A DNA stretch of 64,000 nucleotides from Nitrospirota bacterium (GCA_963751455.1 CAVVUN010000008.1:64001-128000); one strand, 5' to 3'. Shown: positions 29,284 through 39,736, numbered from the stretch's first letter. Made by a program: numbers and translations. The notes: a model not told the origin generated them from the letters alone.

Positions 29284-29359
29284 TGGTAGGCGGAACAGGG
29301 ATCGAACCTGTGACCCCAGCCTTGTAAGGGCTGTGCTCTCCCAGCTGAGCTATCCGCCC
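29284..29359 (-). tRNA. tRNA-Val(TAC)
   Basis: GGGCGGATAGCTCAG...CAGCC-CT-TAC-AA-GGCTG...GGTTCGAT...ACCA, 76 nt. Confidence 0.97.
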
Positions 29360-29481
29360 GATTCCTTGTTGAAAACGAAGTTTAAATATCTATTATTCAC
29401 TCTAAAAAGTCAAGCAAAATTATTTTTTTACCGGTTCATTGGCCCATGATGAGCGCTGTACGGCCATTTCAGTCTGCCGAA

Positions 29482-31377
29482 TCACTCCCTGAACGACATA
29501 GTTAGTTCATACATCCCGCCTTCCGCATGCTTCTCAATGATGAACCCGGCGTTTTCAAAGAGCTGGAGCATCTGCCTGTTATCCATCAAAACCTGCGCGG
29601 TGAAGCCGAGAAGGCCTCTTTTCTTTGCAAGATAGGTGATGTACTTCAAAAGCTCCCTGCCGATGCCCTTGCCCTGATGGTCGTCCCTCACAACAAACGC
29701 CACTTCGGCGGTATGGGCGGTTTTATCGATTATATACTGCGCCATTCCGACGATCGATTCCTTTTCTTCCTGCTGCAGTACAGCAAGGATCACCATCTCT
29801 TTGGTATAGTTGATGACTACGAACGGCTGGAGACGGTCGTGGTGCATGTCGGCGCGCATGGAGATAAAACGCCTGTACCGGGAAGCATTCGAGAGAGAAT
29901 AGAAAAAATCCTTGAGCATCGGTTCATCGGACAACTTCACCGGCCGCAGCAGAAGACCAAGGCCTGTCCGCGTCGTCCTGAACGCTTCCAGCTCTTCGGG
30001 ATACTGTCCCTGGACCCCAGGAATAAAAGCCTGGTCCCGGTAAATGAGGCCCTGCTTCCTTGCCTCGTCGATAAGCATCCCCCGAAAACGAGGGTCTGCG
30101 ATCGCGATAAGGTCCATGGCCCGCTCGCGGATATTTTTACCATGCAGATACGCAATGCCGTGCTCGGTCACGACATAGTGAATGTCTCCCCGGGACAGGG
30201 TCACCCCGGCGCCCTGCGTGAGATACGGCATGATGCGGGAAACTTTTCCGTTCTCGGCTGTGGACTGGAGAGCAAGAATGCTCTTACCCCCCTGAGAAAA
30301 AATGGCTCCCCGCATGAAATCGGCCTGCCCGCCGATGCCGCTGTAGAATTTTGTGCCTATGTTTTCGGCTGTCGCCTGCCCGGAAAGGTCGATCTCAAGG
30401 GCGCTGTTGATCGCGGTCATGTTTTTCTGCCGTGCAAGTACGGTGGGATTGTTGGTGTAGTTTACCGGCCGGAACTCGATTGCCGGATTGTCGTGGAGAA
30501 ATTCGTATGTCTCCCGCCTGCCCATGCAGAACGCGGCGACTGTCTTACCGCGGTTCAGTTCTTTTCTGCTATTGTCGATTACATGCTGTCTCATGAGGTC
30601 CACGATCCCGTCCGTAAGCAGTTCGGTATGGACACCGAGATGTTCCTTTCGGTTCAATTGGGCCAGGATCGCATTGGGGATGCTGCCGTACCCGACCTGG
30701 ATTGTGTCACCGTCCTGAACGATCCGTGCCACATACGTCCCGATCTTCCCGGCAATGTCGTCTGATACGGTATCATCATACTCGAGGAGCGGCTCGTCAT
30801 ACGGCAGGATGAAATCGACGTCTTTGATGTTGATGAAGGTGTCTCCGAGCACGCGCGGCATCTGGGCATTCACCTGTGCGATCACCAGCGACGCGTTCTC
30901 TGCCGCCGCTTTCACGATATCGACACTGATGCCGAGGCTCATGAAGCCGTAGTCGTCGGGTGGAGAAGTCTGGATGAAGGCAACGTCTACCGGCACAAGC
31001 TTCTTCTGAAAAAGGCCGGGGACCTGTGAGAGAAATACCGGGGTATAGTCGGCCAGACCCCGATTCACGGCCTCGCGCATGTTGTTCCCCACGAAGAAGG
31101 AGTTGTGCCTGAATACATCCCTGAATTTTGCATCCGCATACGGAGCAACCCCGAGGGTCCATACCTGGAGCAATTCAGTATCGAAAAAGGCCTTCGGATG
31201 CGACTGAACATAATTAATGAGGGCCTTCACGAGGCGCTGCGGCTCTCCGCACCCCGTGCCGATGAAGATCCTGTTTCCCGGATGAATATTGCTGAAAATC
31301 CTGTCTTCCGTAGGGAATTTCTCGGGATAGATTGACTTCATCGTCAACAGCTTTTTGTCAAGTTCCTGAATGGCCAC
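29482..31377 (-). CDS. acetyl-CoA hydrolase/transferase fused to C-terminal GNAT acetyltransferase
   Basis: GVHTE, SGIGGQADF, YVVTEHG (CoA transferase); AEVAFVVRDDHQGKGIG (GNAT). Likely GTG start 31377. Confidence 0.88.
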   Translation of the reverse strand: MAIQELDKKLLTMKSIYPEKFPTEDRIFSNIHPGNRIFIGTGCGEPQRLVKALINYVQSHPKAFFDTELLQVWTLGVAPYADAKFRDVFRHNSFFVGNNMREAVNRGLADYTPVFLSQVPGLFQKKLVPVDVAFIQTSPPDDYGFMSLGISVDIVKAAAENASLVIAQVNAQMPRVLGDTFINIKDVDFILPYDEPLLEYDDTVSDDIAGKIGTYVARIVQDGDTIQVGYGSIPNAILAQLNRKEHLGVHTELLTDGIVDLMRQHVIDNSRKELNRGKTVAAFCMGRRETYEFLHDNPAIEFRPVNYTNNPTVLARQKNMTAINSALEIDLSGQATAENIGTKFYSGIGGQADFMRGAIFSQGGKSILALQSTAENGKVSRIMPYLTQGAGVTLSRGDIHYVVTEHGIAYLHGKNIRERAMDLIAIADPRFRGMLIDEARKQGLIYRDQAFIPGVQGQYPEELEAFRTTRTGLGLLLRPVKLSDEPMLKDFFYSLSNASRYRRFISMRADMHHDRLQPFVVINYTKEMVILAVLQQEEKESIVGMAQYIIDKTAHTAEVAFVVRDDHQGKGIGRELLKYITYLAKKRGLLGFTAQVLMDNRQMLQLFENAGFIIEKHAEGGMYELTMSFRE

Positions 31378-31591
31378 AGACCCCCCCTGGGCATATAGCA
31401 TGATTATACCAGAAAGGTCCGCACCGCTCCCAAGGGAAGCCAACCTGTGCAACTCGTAACAATGCAGAGTACGCCGCATCCCCCAAAAATACCCCGGCCG
31501 GGTCATTGACGACCATGCCCCGCTGCTTATATGATTAGGCGAACAACATTGCTGCCTGTTATTCGTGTACAATTGAAAGGAGACGTAAACA

Positions 31592-31957
31592 ATGGAAACC
31601 GAACGGGTCAAATTCATAAAACATCAGGACAGAGACATTCTGTACCTGGACTTTTCGAATAGTAAAACCGACCAGGTTTTAAAAATCATAGAAGACGCCA
31701 AAGAAGTGATCCGGACGAAGCCGGAAAAGTCCATCCTCACCCTGACCGACGTAACGAATGCCCGGTTTAACGACGCAGTTGGTGAGAGCATGAAGCAGTT
31801 TGCCGCGCATAACAAACCGTACGTAAAGGCCGGCGCCGTCATTGGAATTACCGGCCTTAAGAAAATCATCTTCGGAGCCGTCATGGCCTTTTCGAAAAGA
31901 AATCTGGAATCGTTCGACGATATCGAAGAGGCGAAGCGCTGGCTGGTCGGCAATTAA
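31592..31957 (+). CDS. hypothetical protein, possible STAS/SpoIIAA-like fold
   Basis: SD AAGGAG; LTLTDV...AVIGITG...FDDIEEAKRWL pattern. Confidence 0.65.
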   Translation: METERVKFIKHQDRDILYLDFSNSKTDQVLKIIEDAKEVIRTKPEKSILTLTDVTNARFNDAVGESMKQFAAHNKPYVKAGAVIGITGLKKIIFGAVMAFSKRNLESFDDIEEAKRWLVGN

Positions 31958-32158
31958 TCGGCAACCGCTGGTTCTATCATGCTCACATATCTGTATACTA
32001 TGGTATTCAGTTCATCCCACCTCCTCGCTTTTAAATCTGACGTTTTTTGGTCGATCGACCGCAATAATGCCGTTCTCTTTACGGGACAGGGTAGGCAGCT
32101 TCCAGAGAGCAATCCACTTTAACCTTGACCATCCTTTCTTTCTCAATTAAACTGAATA

Positions 32159-34249
32159 ATGTTCGAAACGCTCTTCAACCCCGGGTCTATCACGGTCATC
32201 GGAGCCTCACAGGATACGAAAAAGGTCGGCCACGCGGTTCTTGATAACCTGAAAAAGTTCAATTACCCGGGCAAGCTCTATCCCGTAAATCCCGCGGGAG
32301 GAGAGATACTCGGCCTCAAAACGTACCCGAATCTGAAGGAAACGGGAGCTCGCATAGATCTCGCTGTCATTGCTATTCCGGCCCGCATGGTGCATCAGGC
32401 CCTCATCGACTGCTCGCAAGCTGGAATCGGATCGGCGGTCATTTTAAGCGCTGGGTTCAAGGAAGCGGGCAAGGACGGCACGCTCCTCGAGGAAGATTTG
32501 AAGAAGATCGTGAGAGAGCGGAACATCCGCATCCTCGGTCCCAACTGTCTCGGCCTGATCAATACCGCGAACAACATGAATGCCACATTTGCGGCTGACA
32601 TGCTGCCGAAAGGCGGGATCGGCTTCTTCTCACAATCCGGTGCAATGGGTATTGCGATCATGGACTGGGCGATCGGAAACGAGATCGGGTTCTCGAAGTT
32701 CATAAGCCTGGGTAATAAGGCGGACCTTTCGGAGATCGATTTCATAGAATACTTTATGAACGACCCCGATACGAGCCTGATTCTGGGCTATATCGAAGAC
32801 GTTGTGGACGGCAAGCGGTTCATGCAGGTGGCCGAAAGGGCCAGCAGGGTAAAACCGATAATCTTGCTGAAGTCAGGCGGCACCGAGGCGGGCGCACGCG
32901 CCGCCTCGTCCCATACGGGTGCGCTGGCCGGTTCCGATGTCGCGTTCGACGCGGCGTTTCGTCAAACCGGGGTGATGAGGGCCGAAGGCGTACAGGACCT
33001 GTTCGATACGGCAATGGCTTTCCTGGAAGGAAAAATTCCGGCAGGCAACCGCCTTCTCATTGTTACGAACGCGGGCGGACCCGGTATCATCGCCGCTGAC
33101 GCAGCCGAGCGGTTCGGGATTGCGCTTCCGTATATGACCAGGGAAAGCATCGAGGCGATGGCCGGGAAGCTCCCTTCGAATGCTTCCGTCTATAACCCCG
33201 TTGACGTCATCGGTGACGCAACATCGGAGCGGTATGCTGTGGTCCTGGACCAGGCGCTGATAGATCCGAACGTGGACGCTATCCTCGTTATCCTTACCCC
33301 TCAGGCGATGACGGACAGCGAGAAAACTGCCGAGGTAATCATCAGGACCGCTCAGGGAGCGAAAAAGCCGATCATTACCTCCTTCATGGGTGAGGCCAGG
33401 GTGCGGTCTGCGATAAATAAGCTCAAAAAAAGCTCAATACCCAATTTTTCGTATCCGGAACTGGCTGTCAAATCCTTCAAACGTCTCGTAAATTACAGCA
33501 CCTGGAAGAACTACATCGCAGAGGAGCTTCCGAGCTGCTGGCACAACTTCGATGCTGCACATGATACGGTTACCTCGATTTTAAAATCAGGCGTTTACCA
33601 GGTCGGCGAAGAAGATGCAATGAATATACTTACCTTTTACGGCTTTCAGTTCCCCCGCCGCGCCCTTGCCGTGACTTCCCGGGACGCGGTCCGAATAGCT
33701 TCGAAGATCGGCTTCCCGGTTGCTTTGAAAATATCTTCGCCGGACATCCTGCACAAAACCGAAGTGGGTGGTGTGCGGGTGAATGTAAAAACGCCGAACG
33801 AGGTTGAGGAAGCCTTTACGGAGATCACATCGAATGCCAGGCGGATCATGGCGGACGCTTACATAAAGGGCGTGATGGTGTACGAAATGGTTAAGGGCGG
33901 CAAAGAAGTCATTCTCGGCGTAACGTATGACCGCACTTTTGGACACATGATCATGTTCGGTCTCGGCGGCATTTATGTGGAGGTACTGAAAGACGTCTCC
34001 TTCAGGATCGTGCCCGTGAAGCGCCGTGACGCCGTTGCGATGGTGAACGAGATCAGGACCGCGGCCCTTCTCCACGGCACCCGCGGCGAGCGGCCGGCGG
34101 ACACGAATGCCATCGCCGGCTATATTGTGAATCTCTCGTGTCTGGTTTCCGACTTCCCGGAAATCCAGGAGTTGGACATCAACCCGCTGGTCGTGAAGGA
34201 GCAGGGTGCGATAGCTCTGGATGCGAGGATTATCTTCAAGCAGCCGTGA
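32159..34249 (+). CDS. ADP-forming acetate--CoA ligase (fused alpha/beta)
   Basis: CoA-binding domain, GPNCLG, SQSG, phospho-His SHTGA, ATP-grasp HKTEVGGV, ELDINPL. Confidence 0.9.
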   Translation: MFETLFNPGSITVIGASQDTKKVGHAVLDNLKKFNYPGKLYPVNPAGGEILGLKTYPNLKETGARIDLAVIAIPARMVHQALIDCSQAGIGSAVILSAGFKEAGKDGTLLEEDLKKIVRERNIRILGPNCLGLINTANNMNATFAADMLPKGGIGFFSQSGAMGIAIMDWAIGNEIGFSKFISLGNKADLSEIDFIEYFMNDPDTSLILGYIEDVVDGKRFMQVAERASRVKPIILLKSGGTEAGARAASSHTGALAGSDVAFDAAFRQTGVMRAEGVQDLFDTAMAFLEGKIPAGNRLLIVTNAGGPGIIAADAAERFGIALPYMTRESIEAMAGKLPSNASVYNPVDVIGDATSERYAVVLDQALIDPNVDAILVILTPQAMTDSEKTAEVIIRTAQGAKKPIITSFMGEARVRSAINKLKKSSIPNFSYPELAVKSFKRLVNYSTWKNYIAEELPSCWHNFDAAHDTVTSILKSGVYQVGEEDAMNILTFYGFQFPRRALAVTSRDAVRIASKIGFPVALKISSPDILHKTEVGGVRVNVKTPNEVEEAFTEITSNARRIMADAYIKGVMVYEMVKGGKEVILGVTYDRTFGHMIMFGLGGIYVEVLKDVSFRIVPVKRRDAVAMVNEIRTAALLHGTRGERPADTNAIAGYIVNLSCLVSDFPEIQELDINPLVVKEQGAIALDARIIFKQP

Positions 34250-34394
34250 TGAGTCTATTTCGGAATGCGGAGTGCGGAATAAACAGAACCATATAATTCT
34301 TTTCAAGCTCGTTATGAGAAAAGCGACGATACACGGAATTTGTCAGGGAGTTCGGGTAAGGAGTCTTTGCTTCTCACTCCGCGCCCCCAATCCG

Positions 34395-34434
34395 CCTGCG
34401 CCCAGCGCTTACGAGTGCTCAGCGCGAGTGCAGG
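34395..34434 (+). repeat. 40-bp CCTGC...GCAGG mini-element, copy 1
   Basis: Shares CGAGTGCTCAGCGCGAG with 35700-35748; 35/40 identical to the reverse complement of 59785-59824. Confidence 0.85.
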
Positions 34435-34464
34435 TGAATTCCGCAATCGATCAAGGAGGTTTCC

Positions 34465-35520
34465 ATGATTCCCATATTCGTCGGGTCTAATTCCGGATAT
34501 GCAGGAAGGACCTTTATTGCTCTCGGCCTTTTGATGAAGCTGCTGGAGCAGGGGTACCAAACCGGATATATCAAGCCCTTCGGCAAGACGCCCGTGAAAA
34601 AAGGCAAGGCGGTGTACGACGCGGACGCGCTCTTCATCAAAGAGACGCTGGGGCTGGAAGAGCCGCTCGAAGTGATTTCGCCGTTTGTCCGCACCTATGA
34701 GACCGAGACCCTGCTGATCGAGGGAAAGATCAGGGACATGAAACGGCGGGTGATGACCGCATATAAAACCCTCAAGAAGAAGGACTTCGTGATCATCAGC
34801 GGGGCCGGAGATTTCTTCGAGGGCTCTCTTCTCGGGATGAATGCCCTTGCGCTGATTGAGGACATGAAGGCCCATCTGGTAATGGTTGAGCCCTGGCGGG
34901 GGGAAGCTTCCGCGGATTCTCTGTTCGGCTCTGCGAAGGTCTTCGGCGACCGGTTTGCAGGCGGCGTCATCAACAAGGTGCCGTCGAACACCGTGGAGCA
35001 CGTAAAAGAAACGATACGGCCGTTCCTGGAGAAAAAAGGCGTTAAGATTTTCGGCGTCTTTGGAAAGGAGCGGGTATTGGAGGCCGTCACCGTGCGCCAG
35101 CTCGTTGAAATATTGAGCGGCAAGGTTGTCTGCTGCGACGGGCGCCTTGACGAGTACGTAGAGAATTATTCTATCGGCGCCATGGACGTAGATACGGCGC
35201 TCAACTATTTCAGGCGGATTCCGAACAAGGCCGTGATTACCGGCGCCCACCGCTCGGACATTCAGCTGGCGGCAATGGAGACGTCTACCAAGTGCATCAT
35301 CCTGACCGGCGGGCTGCAGACCAATGATGTGGTCGTCGGAAAAGCTCAGGCAAAAAATATCCCGATCATCTCCGTTGCCGATGACACCTTCAGTGCTGTG
35401 GAGAAAATCGAAGGGGGCATGGGCAAAACGAATATCCGGGACAAGTGGAAAGTCGCCCGGGTGAAAGAGTTGATGGACATCGAGTTCGACATGAAGCGGT
35501 TTTTAAGAAGCGTGAAATAA
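34465..35520 (+). CDS. phosphotransacetylase-N-like (BioD-like + DRTGG) protein, no catalytic Pta domain
   Basis: GYIKPFG, GGVINKV, IGAM, ITGAHRSDI, ILTGG. Confidence 0.8.
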   Translation: MIPIFVGSNSGYAGRTFIALGLLMKLLEQGYQTGYIKPFGKTPVKKGKAVYDADALFIKETLGLEEPLEVISPFVRTYETETLLIEGKIRDMKRRVMTAYKTLKKKDFVIISGAGDFFEGSLLGMNALALIEDMKAHLVMVEPWRGEASADSLFGSAKVFGDRFAGGVINKVPSNTVEHVKETIRPFLEKKGVKIFGVFGKERVLEAVTVRQLVEILSGKVVCCDGRLDEYVENYSIGAMDVDTALNYFRRIPNKAVITGAHRSDIQLAAMETSTKCIILTGGLQTNDVVVGKAQAKNIPIISVADDTFSAVEKIEGGMGKTNIRDKWKVARVKELMDIEFDMKRFLRSVK

Positions 35521-35526
35521 AAATTT

Positions 35527-35767
35527 TTGCCGCCGAGAACACAGAGAGCACAGAGAAAGGCTGAACCGATATTTAGGACGCAGATCTTCGCAGATTGGCG
35601 CAGATTAAAAGCTTGATTTTTTTGCGTCTACCTTAAATCCGATTTTTCCGGTCTTATCTGCGTCCGAATGTTTCTTTATATTTTCCTCCGTGAACTCTGC
35701 CTGCACCCAATGCCTTCGAGTGCTCAGCGCGAGAATGGAGTGTGCAGGGCGTGTCCTCTGTGGCAAA
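35527..35767. repeat. nested palindromes (CACAGA outer, CGCAGA inner) with mini-element copy 2 (35700-35748) in the outer right arm
   Basis: Outer tttgccgccgagaacacagagagcacagag ... ctccgtgaactctg[insert]gcgtgtcctctgtggcaaa; inner ggacgcagatcttcgcagattggcgcagat ... atctgcgtcc. Confidence 0.8.
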
Positions 35768-35779
35768 CAGGAGGTTTTA

Positions 35780-37285
35780 ATGTCTGAGAAATCGATTATC
35801 ATTATCGGCGGCGGAATCGCCGGGCTCTCGGCCGGTTGCTACGGCAGGATGAACGGACTCAGGACGCGCATCTTCGAGATGCATTCGAAACCGGGAGGCC
35901 TGTGCACCAGTTGGAAAAGGCAAGGTTTCGTCGTGAACGGGTGCGTTCACTGGCTTGTAGGTTCGGGTCCAAAATCAAATTTTTACGGACTGTGGAACGA
36001 CCTCGGGGCGCTGCAAGGCAAGCTCATCATCGACCATGAGGAATACGGACGAGTCGAGAGCGTTGATGGAAAAACATTGATCGTCTATACCGATGTCGAC
36101 AGGCTTGAGAAGCACATGAAGGAGATAGCGCCTGAAGATGCTCAGCTCATTGATGAGTTCATCGGAGCCGTGCGCACCTGCATGCGATATGAACCGCCGC
36201 TTGAAAAGGCTCCGGAACTGTTCGGTTTTTTTGACGTTCTCAAAATGATCGTGACTAAATTTCCGCTGCTACGGATCCTTTCCAAGTGGAACAAGATCTC
36301 TCTTAAGGAATATGGCAAACGATTTAAAAATCCTCTCCTGCGCGACGCCTTCCCGCTCCTTTTCATGCCGGATTTTCCGATGACATTTATGCTCATGACA
36401 TTCGCCTGGATGCACAACAAAGCCTCCGGTTACCCTGTTGGCGGTTCGCTCGAGCTCAGCCGGTCGATTGAAAAGCGATATTTGTCCCTCGGCGGAGAGA
36501 TCACGTACAGGGCCCGGGTGAGAAAGATCGTGGTTGAGAACGGGAAAACCGTCGGCATCAGGCTCGAAGACGGGACCGAGCACCGGGCTGATTACGTTAT
36601 CTCCGCCGCTGACGGGCATACCACTATATTCGAGATGCTAGACGGAAAGTACGTGGATGACACCATTAAAGGTTATTATGAGAAACTTATTCTCTTCCCA
36701 CCGCTTATGTATATTGCACTCGGCGTAAACAGGACCTTCGCTGAAATTGCGCCGTCTGCCGGGGGCATCGCCATGGAGCTTTCGGAACCCCTGAACATCG
36801 GCGGCGTCGAGCAGAAATACCTGGGTGTTCTGATCTACAATTTCGACCCCACGCTCGCACCGCTCGGGAAAACGCTCCTTATCGTCATGCTTCAGACGGA
36901 TTTCGCATTCTGGAAGAATCTGCGGCCGAACGACACAGCATACAAGGCCGAGAAGGAGAATATCGCGGACCGTGTTGTGGCCCTGCTCGATAAACGGTTT
37001 CCCGGGCTTGCAGGCCAGGTTGAGATGCGGGACGTAGCATCACCGACGACCTTTGTGCGGTATACCGGCAACTGGCAGGGGAGCTTCGAGGGCTGGCAGG
37101 TAACGCCCGATACCTGGCGCTTCGGCAAATTGATGAAAAAAACGCTGCCCGGCCTCGGAAACTTTTACATGGCGGGCCACTGGGTCGAGCCGGGAGGGGG
37201 ACTGCCTGCGGCAGCAATGTCGGGGAGGAACGTCATCCAGATCATCTGCAAAAAAGAAAAGAAGAAGTTTCAGACTACAAAATAA
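35780..37285 (+). CDS. phytoene desaturase-like NAD(P)/FAD oxidoreductase (COG1233-type)
   Basis: IIGGGIAGL, PGGLCTSW, PTTFVRYTGN, YMAGHWVEPGGG; SD AGGAGG before 35780. Confidence 0.85.
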   Translation: MSEKSIIIIGGGIAGLSAGCYGRMNGLRTRIFEMHSKPGGLCTSWKRQGFVVNGCVHWLVGSGPKSNFYGLWNDLGALQGKLIIDHEEYGRVESVDGKTLIVYTDVDRLEKHMKEIAPEDAQLIDEFIGAVRTCMRYEPPLEKAPELFGFFDVLKMIVTKFPLLRILSKWNKISLKEYGKRFKNPLLRDAFPLLFMPDFPMTFMLMTFAWMHNKASGYPVGGSLELSRSIEKRYLSLGGEITYRARVRKIVVENGKTVGIRLEDGTEHRADYVISAADGHTTIFEMLDGKYVDDTIKGYYEKLILFPPLMYIALGVNRTFAEIAPSAGGIAMELSEPLNIGGVEQKYLGVLIYNFDPTLAPLGKTLLIVMLQTDFAFWKNLRPNDTAYKAEKENIADRVVALLDKRFPGLAGQVEMRDVASPTTFVRYTGNWQGSFEGWQVTPDTWRFGKLMKKTLPGLGNFYMAGHWVEPGGGLPAAAMSGRNVIQIICKKEKKKFQTTK

Positions 37286-37358
37286 GGGGTCAGTCGGCTC
37301 GCTCCAAAAAGTAGAAACTCCTTGATATCTCACGCTCGATTCTATACAATTAGTTATC

Positions 37359-37790
37359 ATGACCCGCTTTACTGAAAAAAGATTTTTGCCGAAACAGTCA
37401 ATCGGACCCGATGAGAAAGAACGGTTAACAGCGGCTATCGCGGCTCGGCTGTCAACGGAAGAAAATATAGTCTTTGCGTATCTTCACGGGTCTTTTGAAA
37501 CCGACAAATCGTTTCGGGATATAGATGTTGCAATATATGTGACCGCAACGGCAACAATCGATTACGAATCCGATATGTCGCTCAAGCTTTCCGCCGCCAT
37601 AGGACGTGAAGTGGAAGTCAAAATCATCAACAATTCGCCGGTTGCTTTCCAGATGGCGCCCCTTCAACACGGGCGGCTTCTCTTCAGCCGGAATGAGGAT
37701 GCCAGGACCGATTTTTTAGAGTCTGTAGGCAGAAGATATCGTGAGTATGCTCATTTCAGGAATATCTTCATGGAGGCCGGTCAGTGCTGA
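37359..37790 (+). CDS. minimal nucleotidyltransferase (MNT) antitoxin
   Basis: AYLHGSF...RDIDVA; upstream of a HEPN gene. Confidence 0.85.
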   Translation: MTRFTEKRFLPKQSIGPDEKERLTAAIAARLSTEENIVFAYLHGSFETDKSFRDIDVAIYVTATATIDYESDMSLKLSAAIGREVEVKIINNSPVAFQMAPLQHGRLLFSRNEDARTDFLESVGRRYREYAHFRNIFMEAGQC

Positions 37791-38213
37791 ACCATGACAG
37801 AATTGCCAAAAGCACGGCTGATCTTCTTTCCTCTAAGTCCGAGATCTAAAAGATAGTTCAATATCGGCAAAGAGAGCTTCCTGTCGGACAAGAAAAATGC
37901 GCTCGCGGTAAAATATCTCCTGATAGAGGCTGTTGAGGCAATAGCGGACATTTGCCAGCACATACTTGCAAAAATAAAAGGCGTGGTTTGCAGCGGTTAT
38001 GTCGACTGCATCGTTAACGCAGGAGAAAGCGGTATAATCCTTCCCGAGCTGTCGAATAAGCTTCGCAAGCTCGCGGATTTACGTAACAGTCTGATTCACC
38101 GGTACTGGATCATCAATGACGAAGAGCTTTTCACACAGTGCCGCGCCAATATCAATGATCTCAGCGCATTCACTTCTCAAATAGCCGCCTTCATCTCCAG
38201 TCAGAAGAGCTGA
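37784..38213 (+). pseudogene. HEPN/DUF86 (HepT-like) RNase toxin, disrupted
   Basis: GTG 37784 frame hits TAA at 37847-37849. The rest (FNIGKESFL...RNSLIHRY) is in another frame. RxxxxH(xY) motif is intact. Confidence 0.8.
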
Positions 38214-38221
38214 TAAGTGTC

Positions 38222-39736
38222 TCAACGCAGCACTACCAATTCCACCGGATCGGAAACGTCCTTCACTGTGTCGATCTTGCTCAGAATCTTCCGGACCATT
38301 TCCTTGTCGATCTCAGCGATCATGTCCTTGATCAGGCCGTCCTGGTCCGCCAGCTCCCTTCGCGCTCTCATCAACTTCAGGAGATTGTCGGGTATCGCGG
38401 TGTTGGAACCGTATTCAGAGGTAATATCGGCGTACGTGACGCTGTCGCTCCTTTTGGAGCTTATGTTGTGCATGACGATCTGCTCGCCAGATGAGACAGA
38501 GACGACCTTGATCGAGCCGGCCAGCGCGACGTTCAGTTTTGCGGTATGCTGAGCATAGCTGATCGTGACGTCCCGCCAGCACGTTCCCTCGTACGGGCCT
38601 TTCCTGCCCTGCCTGGTGCACGAGTAGGATTCCTGGCCCCCTGTCTTCAAATATTGCACGTTTTCCTTCGGCTGATCGACATGTACCTGGGTGAGTTTGC
38701 CGAAGATCAAATAGTGCACGCCCTTCAGTTGCTTGAACGTCGCATAATCATCAGTGATCCCGCTCATACCCAGCTTCTGTTCCCCCATAACCGCAGCCAA
38801 CTCGTCCCGGTCGATCGTGCGGATGAACTGACTTGCCTGGCCCTGCAATTTCGATTTTATATCGTCGAGAATAAAGTCCCCGACCGACATGCCGGAGACG
38901 TTTCTGTGCGTCGGATTGTCGAATCTCACGAATGCTATCTTCGAAACCGAACATGCCTCGGCTTCGTTCATCTTTGCCGAAATGTCCTTGAATGAGGCGT
39001 TGATCCTGGACGCCGCGCTTAAGTCATTGTACGCGTTTCTGCAAAGGTTCTTCTTGAGAAAGGAAAGACCAAGGGAGTAATAGAGGCTCGTTGCTTTATC
39101 GGCTGCGTCTTTATACCCGCTCATTGTCTCGTTCGAGTGATTATAATTCTCTGCGGCGTCGCGCCAGCTTTTCTGGGTTTGCGCCGCTGCTGCGAGCCGG
39201 TAATACGATTCCGCGATCTTCTCCGTGCAATCCTTGTAGGGATCGTTATGCTTCAAGGCATTTTTATATAGCGTAATCGCGTTAGAATAGTTCGCACCGG
39301 TGAAATACTGCTCTGCGTCTTTATAATATTTGTCCGAAGCGGCTGTTTTCATCTCCGACGCCTTTTGGCCCGCGTTGATGGCGGCGAAATTCAGGCAATT
39401 ATGCCGCGAAAGGCCATCAATAAACGACTGAAGCTCCTGGTATTGCGGCAGCGCCGACTCGAAATCCGAGGTTTTCTCATAACCTGCCGCGATTTCGTAT
39501 TTTTGGTCATACGCCTGCCTCGCGGTCTGACAAAGCTTCAGCTTCGCGTCCTTATGGTCCGCTTCGAGCCGAAGCGCATACAAATACTGCTGAGACGCGG
39601 CGTAGTAATTCTTCATTTCGAGCAGTTCATCCCCATGCTTTACCGCCTGGTACGCCGGTCCACAGCCGAAAACCAGACCGAGAAAAAGACTGGTCATCCC
39701 AAATCTCCAAACTGTTTCGACACGAAACACGCTCAT
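38222..39736 (-). CDS. lipoprotein with TPR-like repeats and CsgG/LpoB-like C-terminal domain
   Basis: Lipobox VFGC; helical repeats; KIAFVRF...IDRDELAAVMGEQKL...GVHYLIFG. Confidence 0.7.
   Translation of the reverse strand: MSVFRVETVWRFGMTSLFLGLVFGCGPAYQAVKHGDELLEMKNYYAASQQYLYALRLEADHKDAKLKLCQTARQAYDQKYEIAAGYEKTSDFESALPQYQELQSFIDGLSRHNCLNFAAINAGQKASEMKTAASDKYYKDAEQYFTGANYSNAITLYKNALKHNDPYKDCTEKIAESYYRLAAAAQTQKSWRDAAENYNHSNETMSGYKDAADKATSLYYSLGLSFLKKNLCRNAYNDLSAASRINASFKDISAKMNEAEACSVSKIAFVRFDNPTHRNVSGMSVGDFILDDIKSKLQGQASQFIRTIDRDELAAVMGEQKLGMSGITDDYATFKQLKGVHYLIFGKLTQVHVDQPKENVQYLKTGGQESYSCTRQGRKGPYEGTCWRDVTISYAQHTAKLNVALAGSIKVVSVSSGEQIVMHNISSKRSDSVTYADITSEYGSNTAIPDNLLKLMRARRELADQDGLIKDMIAEIDKEMVRKILSKIDTVKDVSDPVELVVLR

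Noticed and set aside
29175-29359. tRNAs as island attachment sites
   Set aside because: No integrase nearby and no duplicated tRNA 3' end seen.
32159-34249. PatZ/Pat acetyltransferase
   Set aside because: No GNAT domain in this ORF, and the catalytic His (SHTG) is retained.
34465-35520. pta (phosphate acetyltransferase)
   Set aside because: Only the N-terminal BioD-like and DRTGG domains are present.
37983-38213. Stand-alone 76-aa gene
   Set aside because: It is the 3' half of the disrupted HEPN gene.
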